Assembly: GCA_964016885.1 (NCBI GenBank)
Contig: OZ024744.1
Span: 85,994,001-86,058,000, forward strand
Direction of reading: 5' to 3'
Length of the DNA: 64,000 nucleotides
From: Eledone cirrhosa
Taxonomy: Eukaryota
Part shown: positions 50,286-64,000 of the stretch, piece after piece
Numbering within the stretch: the stretch's first letter is position 1
Layout: each line of letters begins with the position of its first letter
Notes under the pieces: model-generated
The model's input: only the letters and a program-made list of their open reading frames with translations
The model's database searches: none
Told to the model about the DNA's origin: nothing
Translations under genes and position numbers: made by a program

Positions 50286-50342
<57 letters not shown>

Positions 50343-50793
50343 CACATATATATACATACACATACATCCAGATACACACATACATACACACACACAAATT
50401 GTCATAAAATATAAACACACATACGCACGGAATCACTACTATTAAAGACCAGAGACCAATTCTGTAGAATCAGGTTTATTCATTGACAGACCATGCCTTT
50501 GTGTGACCAACACATCCATGTTAAACCCTGCACGTGCACACACGTATGTCTATATATATATGCGCACACAGAATTATTTTAATTTCACTGCCCCAACTTC
50601 TTATATTATGGAAAAAATATATGTGTCTGTATGTATATATATATATATATATTTGAAGGCCATTTCTCTGTGTGTGGGTGTATGTATGTGTGTGTGTGTG
50701 TGTGTGTGAGTATGTGTGTGCATGTGGATGTATGTATTGTGTGTGCGTGTGTGTGTGTGTGTGTGTATGTATGTGGGTATCTGGATGTATGCG

Positions 50794-50824
<31 letters not shown>

Positions 50825-50956
50825 GCATGTGTGTGTGTGTGTGTGTGTATATATATGTGTGTGTATGTGTGTATATATATGTGTGTGTGTGTGTGTGTGT
50901 ATGTTTGTATGTGTGTATGTATATATATATATGTGTGTGTGTATGTATGTGTGGGG

Positions 50957-51048
<92 letters not shown>

Positions 51049-51083
51049 GTGTATCTGGATGTATGTGTATGTATATATATGTG

Positions 51084-51140
<57 letters not shown>

Positions 51141-51209
51141 ATGTGTATATATATGTGTGTGTGTGTGTATGTGTGTATGTATATGTATGTGTGTGTGTAT
51201 GTATGTGTG

Positions 51210-51250
<41 letters not shown>

Positions 51251-51522
51251 GTATGTGTATGTATGTGTGGATGAAGGTATGTGTGTGTATATTGCTTCCA
51301 CCCCCTCACTGACCAGCAGCTGGCTATTGCTAAATCTGACCTTTATAAAATAACCCACACCCCAAATAACTTCTCATTCACTACCAGAAAGGGACACAGC
51401 AGTCAACCTGTTGTTGCTACCTAGATGAAAACTGCTATGAAATCCCACAATGAATTTTATACTTGAATTTTCAAGTCTCAAATTTTAACTCTTCGTATTA
51501 TTAATTTTTCTTAATATTAATC

Positions 51523-51570
51523 AACATTTGAAAAGATGGCTTTTGCAGACCCATCGAAACCGGTCATTTT
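51523..51570 (+). ncRNA. Hammerhead ribozyme (U3-A8 variant) in the inverted pLTR
   Basis: Identical copy in the opposite orientation. Confidence 0.7.
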
Positions 51571-51670
51571 TTATACCCTTTATTATTTCCTTACCTTATA
51601 AAATTATGTTTTTTCACAAAAAAGTATTCTGTCTCTTATATATTCCATGTGCCACTACCAACCTCAATTT

Positions 51671-51888
<218 letters not shown>

Positions 51889-52181
51889 AAAAGGCAAAAC
51901 TTAAAATTTGAAATGTTGTCATCCCAACACAAACGACTATCGCAATTGTCGATAAGGAAAAATAATAGTTTAGTAAATCGGGTAAATTAACCCTGGAGAC
52001 AGAAAAAACTGGACAGCGGTCAAATTATTTTCTCGAAACAACACCGATATTTACACTGATATCCACAAAGACTTTGACGCATACGTACAGGCTTCCGCTC
52101 AGATTTAGTCGAACAGATTTCCCTCGTATGCCATTGATCACTAGGAAGCTGTAGTAGAAGACACTTCTTCAATGGAACTAG

Positions 52182-52424
52182 TTAACCTTTGATCCCTCTA
52201 GAGATTGGGATAAAGAAATGTTTTAATTCTCTGTCAATTTCAAAAGGCAGGTGACATCATGAATTAGTGTTGACATAATACTTCATTCAAGTATATTCCT
52301 GTACATAATTTAATGGGAAAGTTAGTTGTGTTATTAAATAATTCTAAATATTTAATTTTTTTCAAAACTCATTGTACACAATAGACAATGTCTAAAATTA
52401 GATATATAGGTACGAAAGGGTTAA
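52182..52424. mobile_element. piggyBac-like MITE
   Basis: TTAA-cctttgatccc ... ggtacgaaaggg-TTAA: TTAA at both ends and imperfect CC(C)TTT terminal inverted repeats. Confidence 0.55.
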
Positions 52425-52500
52425 CTGATGGTACGAATACATAAATGTAAAAAGCAAAAACGAAAAGGAAACAAAAAAAACCGTAAGTGGTAACAGTAGC

Positions 52501-52785
52501 AGACCCGCCAACCTCTAAAACCCCAAACGGGTAGTTCCATGAAAAAGGTGCCTCAATACGGGAAGAAATGAGAGAAAATGGGGAGATTTTAAATAATTGT
52601 TTCTACATTTGGCACAAGGCCAGCAATTACCCAGTACTAGCACTTTATTTTATCGACCCCATAAGGATGAAAGGCAAAGATTTAAATAATGAAATCTATA
52701 ATCATTTTCACAAGAAAAGACATCTCTCACCCACCCCAAATTGAGTGGGAGATCTCCCCATCAGACAGGGGGAGTTGACAGGTCT
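52501..52785. mobile_element. Probable MITE with a SINE A fragment (52593-52680) inside
   Basis: Imperfect terminal inverted repeats agacccgccaacctc / gagttgacaggtct. Confidence 0.4.
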
Positions 52786-53746
52786 ATAGTGGTGATAATG
52801 GTATTAAAGACAATAATGGTGATCACAGCAGCAATATTTGACATCGATAACTTTAGACAACGACGGCGGAAGAGAATATGAAGAAAAAGTGCAAGAGATG
52901 AAAATACTCGATGAATGCAACCGAGATCAAGTCCTCCTGCAACCTAAAGTACGTTCAGGTATGACTTTTTAATTTCTTGATTCGATGGTCCAATACATAA
53001 AAATAAAAACAAATTCCTTTAGATAAAAAGGAATGTCCATCAATGGCTTGAGTCTTCACCAACACCACCAACACCACCACCACCACCAACAACAACATCG
53101 TTATGGCTATAATGTCTCTAGCCATCAACCACCATCTAGCACGAATCCACCTCTGTACCCACCGAAGCTTCTATGTACCGAGACCGTCTTATTTTAACTC
53201 TTCTTTGCTATATTTTATTAACCCTAAATCCATGGTTAATGCATTCCAACATATCATGGAGAAGAAAAAAAAAATCCGAATGAACACATACACCATTTCT
53301 CCTACGTACATAGTACTAAAAGTAAAGTACGATATCAAAGTTTCATGATGAGTTATATCTAGTTCATTGGGTGTAGGTGATGGCGAGAAACGAAGAAATA
53401 TAAAGTGAGAGAAGAAAAGAGATAGCTACAAAGAAAGGAGAAAAGATAAGTGTATTTATATGTATGTGTCTAAGTTTGTATTTTTGTATGTATAAGTGGA
53501 GGCGAAGAGGGAAATGAGAAAAGAATATAACAATATGAAAGAATCAGTTTCGAAAGATTGATAATGTTGGCTTTAAGGTCAGTTATACACATATATGTCG
53601 AACCACGGATTCTCTGACAGTTGGTATTTTCTCCAAAGAGTCTTTGATGCTATTCCAGCATACATATGGAAGCATAATCGGAAACAATATTGATATTAAT
53701 ACATACATACACACAAAACTAACGTATATTTATTCTTCTAAATATG

Positions 53747-55838
<2,092 letters not shown>

Positions 55839-56149
55839 CAATTGCGTCTTCTGAAGACCGTCTCTATTACAGCTAGAGCTACTGGTCTCTGGCTAGTGGT
55901 TTGACTACGTAAAAGTTTCAAGTCTTACGAATTCGAATTCCGAGTAGAGTGAAATGGACCGAAACGTCATCTAATCCTGTAGATGGAAAAAGCGTAAGAA
56001 GTTTTACAGACAACGGACAGTTCAATAATGCCAGTACGTTGGATTAAAAGCCAGGATATTTCAAATCTCAAGATATAAGGATCAATGTTTCTTTCTGTTC
56101 ATGTGTTAGGTCTGTATGTTGTGTATTTGTGTTGTTTTTAGCATGTTCT

Positions 56150-56182
56150 TTGTTGCTTGTTGTTGTTTCTTGTTGTTGCTCT

Positions 56183-56213
<31 letters not shown>

Positions 56214-56563
56214 CTTGTTGTTGTTGTTGTTGTTGTTTTTTTGTTTTTTTTATAGTAACTGGCGTTTTAGTAATTCTTTATTATATGTTTGTTTGTGGCT
56301 TTTGTTGTATGGAAAGCGGCGGCGGCGGCGGTGGTGGTGGTGGTGGTGGTGGTGGTGGTGGTGGTGGTGGTGGTGATGGTGGTGGTGGTGGTAGTTATGG
56401 TGGTGATGGTGGTGGTGGTGGTGGCAGTGGCGGCGTTGGTGGTGGTGGTGGTGGTGGTGGTGGTGGTGATGGTGGTGGTGTTGGTGATGGCGACGGTGGT
56501 GGTTATGGTGATGGTGGTGGCGGCGGTGGTGGTAGTGGTTGTGGTGTCAGTGGTGGTGGTGGT
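56150..56563. repeat. (GTT/GCT)n and (GGT/GGC)n trinucleotide repeats
   Basis: Direct inspection. Confidence 0.9.
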
Positions 56564-57143
56564 GTATTTATTTAGTCGCCTTCTCTCTTTCCGTCTTCCT
56601 CTCTCTCATCCTATCTCTCTCTTTATCTGTCTGTATGTCTGTCTGTCTCTGTCTATCTCTCTCTCTCTCTCTCGCTCTCTTTCTTTCTCTTTCTCCCATT
56701 CGCTCCGTATTTCTTTCTCACCCCTTCTCTCTCGCTTTCTCTGTACGCGTACACGTACATGTGCATATGCTTGTGGTGTATAACAATAATTGTGTGTGTG
56801 TGTGTGTGTGTGTATGTTTGTGCGTACAGTGCGTCTGTTTGTGCGGTGTGAGTATGAGTATATGAGGGTGTTTGTGTATGTGTGTGCATACGTGTCTGCT
56901 TATTCTCTGTGTGTGTGTGCCTGTGTGCATGTGTGTGTGCATGTGTGTTTGCCTGTGTGTATGCCTGTGTGTATGCACGCGGGTACATGTGCTGTTCGAG
57001 TATATTTGAGTGTGTTTGTGTGTGTATGTGTGTGTACATGTCTCTATGCTTCTGATGTATGTGTATGTTTATGTTTTAGTGTATGTGTGTATATGTACGT
57101 ACGCTTGCACTGTGTTAGTATATTCATATATAAAGCCGCGCGC

Positions 57144-57222
<79 letters not shown>

Positions 57223-57484
57223 TCTGTATCTGTGCGAGTATGCGTTTGTGTATGCCGTGTGTGTATATTTATGTAAATTTTTTATGTACATGTGTACATA
57301 TGTCTGCTGGGTAAGTATATTTGTGTATGTGTGTGTGTACGTGTGTACTTGTGTACTTGTCCACCGGGGATGTATATTTGTGTGTCATTGAGTTTTTGTG
57401 TCCGTTTGATTTACATGCATCTATATTTGTATTACGAGTGTAATATATGATGGACGTAGTCAACATCATCATCATCTCCATTAT

Positions 57485-57565
57485 CTTCTTCTTCTTCTTC
57501 TTCTTCTTCTTCTTCTTCTTCTTCTTCTTCTTCTTCTTCTTCTTCTTCTTCTTCTTCTTCTTCTG
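57485..57565. repeat. (TTC)n microsatellite
   Basis: Direct inspection. Confidence 0.9.
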
Positions 57566-57584
57566 CTTCGTCTTTTTCTTCTTT

Positions 57585-60012
57585 TCTGAGAGGGTCGAGG
57601 GGGCAGAGTCCTCAAACACTATTCGGAGAAATAGTGGCTCTAACTGTAGTGACTCTCTCATCTCCGAGTTACGCACTCTATCCTACCAAATTGGGCTAGA
57701 AGCTCACCTCTCGAGTTAAATGTATCTGTCGTATATTTCCCAATACTCAGAAAGAGGTGATCTCTCTTTGGTATGTCATCTATAATGGCCTGTATATTGT
57801 CATATAATTCATTGATTTCTTCTTCTGGATGTGTAGAAGCGGGAAAATAACACTGGATAAGTACAAATTTACAGAACTCACTCTTCAAGCTCAGAACGGC
57901 TAGTCTGTCCAATATAGGTTGATCGACGTATACTAGTGATACGTACTTTTTGTTAACCAAGAAACCCACTCTATTTATGCAACGAGTCTCATTGCTTGAC
58001 AGATAAAGATAGTGTTCGGTATCTTGATGTATCTTGATTTTCTTTTCCTTTGATTTAATCTGTGATAGTCCGATAATATCCCAATATACTTTCTCAAGAA
58101 CAAGCTGCAGATCACCAACAAAATATTTCAAAAGAAAAACCTGTTCACTTGGATATGGCCAGACAGTATAATTACGAATCAAATCGAGCTTATCATAGCA
58201 AGAACATTTTCCGCAAGACTCAGCATATTAGACAGCACTGCTCTTAACACTCCTGATATATCTGATCTTCGTACGGCACGCAGAAGATTCCGTTCCAAAT
58301 TTGTTTGGCCACAAAAAACTAAAATACCATCGAAATTTGATTTAGTCAAACTCTCATGTAACGAAACAGCAAGTCGATTCAAACTTGAGTTGCAAAACCG
58401 CTTTTCAGTTTATCAATTTGATGAAAACCCCGACAACATTTACGTTATATGCAGAGGCATAAAAGTTGTATCTGAAGAGATTTTTCTTAAAGAAAAGACT
58501 TTCCATTCCACAATGGATGTCACAACAAAGAAAGAAATCAGTATCTGAAAAACATAGAATAAGAAGAGAATGTGGCCACACATCAGCCCAATATAGAATA
58601 GCAAAGGCTGAATCCCCCAAAAACTCGTTAAATCAGATAAACTTAAGCAAATGTACAACATTATGGAGTCGAATAGCCTGCTACCCAACAGGCTATATTA
58701 TATCATGCTTTTGTGAAGAAACTAAAGACTAAATCAAGAAATTTTAGCTGGGGCATCAAAGATTCAAACGGTACCATCCTTACTTCCAAAGATGATATCC
58801 TTGAAAGCTGGGCTAAATTCTATGAAGAATTGTACTTCAGCAACTTCACGATTCGACATCAGATGCCACCTATCTTAACTAGCGAGATATCTCACGCCAT
58901 CAACAATTTGAAGCGAAGAAAGAGCCCTTGACTAGACAACATATACTCAGAATTCATCAAAGCTGGAAGTGAGCCACTTATCAAAACACTTAATATTTTT
59001 AACTATAATATATCTACAGGAAAGAGAGAAAAAAATAAATAAAATCAGACACGTTCAAGAAAGCATTGATAGTTGTACTCTACAAAAAAGATAGCAGACT
59101 TTATTGTGGGTGTATAGACAAAGCAGGGAAATGTATTATCAGCACTTCTTTTCTGTATTGTTATAGCTGCACTTATCTACCAAATTGAAGAAGAATCCTT
59201 CGGCTATGAAATAGGAGGTAAAATCCTAACAGACATTAGCTATGCAGACGATCTGGCTATCATTAGGAACTATAGAACTGATCTGCAAAACCTTCTGAAT
59301 GTACTGGCCAAACATTCGCTGGAGGCTGGCTTACACATCAACATCTCCAAAACGAAGTGTATGACAACTGACAAAAACAATGCTAACCTCCAAATCGCAA
59401 TTTACAACCAGCAATTTACTCAAGTTACGGAGTTTGCATATCTCAGTCACAAACTATCATCAAACAACAATGGAATGGTCACTGTATCGCATCGCTCTGA
59501 GTTGGGCAGCTTTCAACAGGAACAACGAAGTACTAACACCAAAACGAGTTTCTTATCATTTGAAGGCTAAGATCTTTAACAGTTACATCCTACCAGTTGT
59601 GTTATATTATCTTGACTGTGTTCAGTGGACGACAAGGTAACTTCAGAACCTCTATACATTCCAGAGCCACATTATGAGACTTTTGACTAACAAATGACTC
59701 AGCGACCAGATCTCTATCAATGAGCTACTCAACATTACCGAGCTTAAACCGATCACATCGGTTACCAAGTCAAGTGTACTTAAACTGTATGGTCATATCA
59801 AAATATCAACTTATGTGTGAGTAAGTTATGCCTTGAAGAAAGTTAGCCAGTAAGAGAAGAAGGTGTCAGCCAAAAACGTTGGCTTGATAATGTCAACTTG
59901 TGGACTGGACTTGATCTTTGCTCTTTAAACCCTGCTGTTAGTGATCGACCTTTGTGGAGAAGAATATCTCATGTTGATGCGCAGTTTGCAACTGGCGGAT
60001 TGAGCGGCTAGA
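57585..60012 (+). mobile_element. Decayed APE-RT LINE (RTE/RTEX-like) with an internal inversion and an RT deletion
   Basis: Plus strand: LRTL, NKLQITNKIFQK, TWIWPDS..NQIELII, SDLR, IKDSNGTILT..DILESWAKFYEELY, LKRRKSP, DISYADDLA, GLHINISKTKCM, YILPVVLY, LYGHI, WLDNV, DRPLWRR. The middle of the APE lies on the minus strand (~57682-58097). Confidence 0.82.
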
Positions 60013-60065
60013 ATATATATAGCCGTCGAAACGGTTTGAGCTCTGCCGTCGGGGTTAAACATTTT

Positions 60066-60114
<49 letters not shown>

Positions 60115-61036
60115 CACAGACATAACTCTGTAGTGTGTATATGTTAATTTTGTGTAAAAATAATTGTTATTGGTGTTTTGAAACTTTATGATATTTTGTA
60201 TAAACTTTTATTTCTTTTCTTTCAGGTAATATACTTGTCACAGACGAAAATAAACTGCTGACTGGTGTCGAATAAATCCGTTAAATTTGAAGTTTCAGTG
60301 GTAATGTCTATATTAAATGACATTGACTTTGTCTCTTATAAAATGGCAGAAACATACGCAAAAACCACGTCACTTCCGATTATCAAACTATAAGTCCTGC
60401 TTTACGTGTTTATTGGCGCTTTCATCCTTTCAGGGTCAATAAAATAAAGTACCAGTCATATACTGGGATAATTGTTGGCCTTTTGCCAAAGGTAGAAACA
60501 ATTATTGAAGAAAAACGACTATTTTGTTTCACCCGTGTTCACTCTTCGCACAACCTTACATATTACATATTTCACATTGCAATTGTTAAAGAGACATCAT
60601 GAAATTTTAAAAAAAGCAATCCTGTTGTTCGTCCCTAGAGATTAAATGTCTGTTGTTATGCAACAAAAATGGTGGAAACAGTTCATCTTGAACGGGATGT
60701 AGTGGGTTGTCGCTTCGGCCACAAACCCGAGCTCTGCTGCCCGCAATGCCTGACCGACCACTTCTTCGTTGAACTGCTCGCCGTCAAAACCTCTGGTGTC
60801 CTTGGTCTCCACACTGCTGATTTACACCGTCAAGTTAGGAAGACGGTGGGCCGCTTGGGGAGGGATTGCCTTTCCGTGGTCACACTTTTGTATTTTGTTC
60901 AAGGCGCGTGGTCGAGGAACCACTCAGATTAGGGTATAGTAAATGTCTCACCAGTATCCCTTTCTTTTACCACTTGATCCTACTTTATTTTTCTCCTTTT
61001 CATTTTCTTTTCCCTTCTTTTTCTGTTCCCTTTAAA

Positions 61037-61245
61037 TGAAGGCGCGTGGCTGAGTGGTAAAAGAATTTGATTCACAATCGTATGGTTGGAAGTTCGATTC
61101 TTGGACTGGGTGTGTCCTTGAGCAAGACAGTTTATTTCACGTTGCTCTTTTTATCTGAAGTTGCGACCGATAGAAAGTACTAGCAACTGGAAAGACTAAC
61201 GGAAACATTGTTTCCTCGGTCCGATTTGACAAAAACCGATCGACT
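61037..61245 (+). mobile_element. SINE family B (CORE-like)
   Basis: Homologous to 5217 and 41719. Confidence 0.8.
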
Positions 61246-61299
61246 GTCTATTAGTAGTGTTTTGTTTTTATTATATACTGGTGAATTTATTATATAGTG

Positions 61300-61495
61300 A
61301 AGGGCGGGGGATTGGCAGTATCGGTTGAGGGTCGGACGCCATGCTTTGCACCAAAGAGTTACGACCCTTAATGTTCTGAGTTCAAATTCCGCCGAGGTTA
61401 ACTTTGCGTTTCATCCTTACGGGGTCGATAAAATAAAGTACCAGTAATACACTGGGGTGATTGCTGGCCTTGGGCCAAAAGAAGAAACAATTATA
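61300..61495 (+). mobile_element. SINE family A
   Basis: Consensus-like copy. Confidence 0.85.
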
Positions 61496-61829
61496 TATTG
61501 CTAAATGATATTTAGATAAGGTCAATGGCCTTTCATGTTATTCTGAATTTTTTATATTGAATAAATTGCGTTTCATATGTTTCATTGTTTGAACAGAGTT
61601 TAGGTAGATGCAAAGCAAACAGAATAAATTAATTTTGATATTTGTGAAAAATAGCAAAAATATTACTTTGTATATATATATGAAGATAGGTGTAACAAGT
61701 CAACGAACCGCCTTTTCTGTTAATATTTTTCCATACGTTTATCAACAGTCGGGGATGGTCACCCCCACCACACGCATGCACACACACACACACATATACG
61801 CACATATACACTCACAGATACATACGTAT

Positions 61830-61865
<36 letters not shown>

Positions 61866-61970
61866 TGCACACCTACCAAATTTCCCTCACAAGATCAAAC
61901 TGAGACCATAGAAGAAGACACATGCTGAGACACCACGTGGTAAGACTGAACTCGAAACAACGTGGTGGTG

Positions 61971-62009
<39 letters not shown>

Positions 62010-62386
62010 AGGAGCGAAAGGTCCGTGCATGTAACGCATGCAGTGCATGCGTTATAGAATCTTGAGTTGATCAATTGCGTGGATTGAAGCAAGCAGAATT
62101 TGGGCTGCTTACTAAATCATATAGACACAAAAAAACACACACACATACACACAAACACACGACAGCTTTGGGGCAATCAGAATGTTGACTGCTTACTAAA
62201 TCGTATACACATAAAAAGATAACACACACACACACACACACACTAGATAACACTACATGCGGCTTTGACGGGGGAGGGTCATTTAGAGGTATTTTTTCTT
62301 GGGGGGGGGGGTATGGCTGCACAGCCCCACTTTTCGCCATGGCGATTGGACTGCATGCTCTCTTCCCAGGTTACACTTCGCCACTG

Positions 62387-62430
<44 letters not shown>

Positions 62431-62647
62431 TTTAGAGATTTATTGAGGAGGGTATAGGATGTGTGACGAAAACAATTTGAAGAATACATTAATAACTAAT
62501 AATAAAACTGAAGGGAAAATCAATGAGTGTGTGTTTTTATTGGCAAAATTGGCATCATGACTATCCCCAAACAGTATATATATATAGTAATAATAATAAA
62601 TGTGAAGACTAAAATCGAAAGAGGGCTCGATAAGGATAAATATACAT

Positions 62648-62687
<40 letters not shown>

Positions 62688-62688
<1 letters not shown>

Positions 62689-62823
62689 CGGAAGAAATGT
62701 GGTAAGGAACCAGGTGGACCATAACGCACCAAAGTACTCAATACTTAGGGTAGTAGAGTGGGTAATAGGAACGAGTAGGACCCCGACGGCTGAGCTCAAG
62801 CCGTTTCGACGGCTAATTCCGGA

Positions 62824-62859
<36 letters not shown>

Positions 62860-62860
62860 G

Positions 62861-62905
<45 letters not shown>

Positions 62906-63160
62906 GTTAAAATACTGGAGCGTGTTGGAGTTAAACACCCTCTTCGTATTATAGAAATGACAGTAAAAGGTATAGCTCAATGCAGTTAAACAGAGCCGAA
63001 AAATTATATATATATATATATATAAAACGAAGCAAGTGTGGGTAAGGAACCAGGTGGACCACAACGCACCAGAGTACTCGATACTTTGGGTAGTAGAGTG
63101 GGTAGTAGGAAAAGAGTCAGGACCCCGACGATCTCTGCCGTCGGGGTCCTGACTCTTTTC
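62688..63160 (-). repeat. Two copies of a ~110-140 bp repeat between (TA)n tracts, one with a truncated hammerhead and one with a terminal fold-back
   Basis: ggtaaggaaccaggtggacc..aacgcacc..agtactc.atact.gggtagtagagtgggta occurs at ~62700 and ~63040. A related fragment lies at 60020-60055 (+). Confidence 0.7.
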
Positions 63161-63822
63161 ATATATATATATATATTTCCGCCTGGATTTTCTTAACAGT
63201 TTTGCTTTCTCGTTATAAACTTGATTATTTTACGCCGCCAAATTGAAGAGGAAGAAAACAATTGGAGCGATATCATTTGTTGAGATAAAAAAATGCAAAG
63301 CACCGGAAACTTTTTGCAATACAAACCGAGCATTTGGCCAATAGGTAAGAAAGAGCACCCTGCTCCCATAAAATGTCTCGTTGAAGATGAGTGATCAGTA
63401 TTTTGAAGTGGAGGAACATTGCAGGAACATTGCAGATTAACTAATGTGATTAGCAACAAGCTTGTTGGGACCATTATTGACGAGAACCCTTGCAGAACAG
63501 CTCAGACGTTTGCAGAACAAAACTGACTATTCTGTTGTTGTTCGACATTTCTACTATATTGGTAAACTAAAGATTTCGACATACCACGATCACGCAAAAA
63601 AAAAAAAAAAAGAAAAAAAAAATCACTCCCAAAATTACTGTTTCGATGGTTCATTTTGATAACACAACATCCCGCATCTTATGGTGTGTGAGAGACCATT
63701 GTGTGATGTGATAAAAACCTGATTCTATAAAGTAACCGACGACATTCTTTACTGTGACTGAATTTCGATGATTCACTAAAACACCGCAGAAATGTCATTA
63801 AAAGAAGATTATGAGCATTATG

Positions 63823-64000
63823 TAGGGCGGTGGATTGGCAGTATCGGTAGAGGGACGAACGCCATGCTTTGTAGCATAGAGTTACGGCCCTTGCCATTCT
63901 GAGTTCAAATCCCGCCGAGGTTAGCTTTGCTCTTCATCCATATGGAGTCGATAAAATAAAGTACCAGTAATGCACTAGGTAATTGATGGCCATGTGCCAA
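63823..64000 (+). mobile_element. SINE family A (runs off the window)
   Basis: Consensus-like copy. Confidence 0.85.

Noticed and set aside
55845-55972. CTGAAGA ... GAAACGTC pair
   Set aside because: The bases flanking the two core halves do not pair to form stem II, and stem I is weak.
56116-56783. Poly-Gly/Val/Trp ORFs
   Set aside because: (GGT)n repeat translations.
62260-62388. Harbinger-like MITE end (cttcgccactg)
   Set aside because: Only one end is visible.
63193-63660. Possible mariner transposase relic (..WSDIIC.D.., LAEQL..VVRH..IGK)
   Set aside because: The motifs are fragmentary, out of the expected order and interrupted by stops. This cannot be supported without a search.

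Overview
This is an AT-rich, very repeat-dense eukaryotic window. The SINE families and microsatellite load suggest a coleoid cephalopod such as octopus, which is an inference. I could not support any host protein-coding gene; most long ORFs in the track are microsatellite translations. Mobile elements: (1) an apparently intact, young Penelope-like element at 44861-51677, minus strand, inserted in (TA)n. It has tandem and inverted pseudo-LTRs, a U3-A8 variant hammerhead ribozyme, and two overlapping ORFs joined by an in-phase T-TTT-TTA slippery site, which suggests gag-pol-like -1 frameshifting. (2) A near full-length Tx1/L1-group LINE in an (AAT)n tract. (3) A decayed full-length R4/Dong-type RLE LINE and truncated copies, all at (CATA)n tracts. 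(4) RTE-clade LINEs and a family of ~0.6 kb internally deleted RTE derivatives with (TATG)n tails. (5) Two tRNA-headed SINE families. (6) A Helentron/HINE-like element, MITEs, and several orphan hammerhead motifs and fold-back remnants. The most notable observations are the Penelope frameshift cassette, the partitioning of microsatellite types among retroelement clades, and one SINE copy with an ADAR-like T>C hypermutation signature. All coordinates were read by eye, so element boundaries are approximate unless a junction is quoted.
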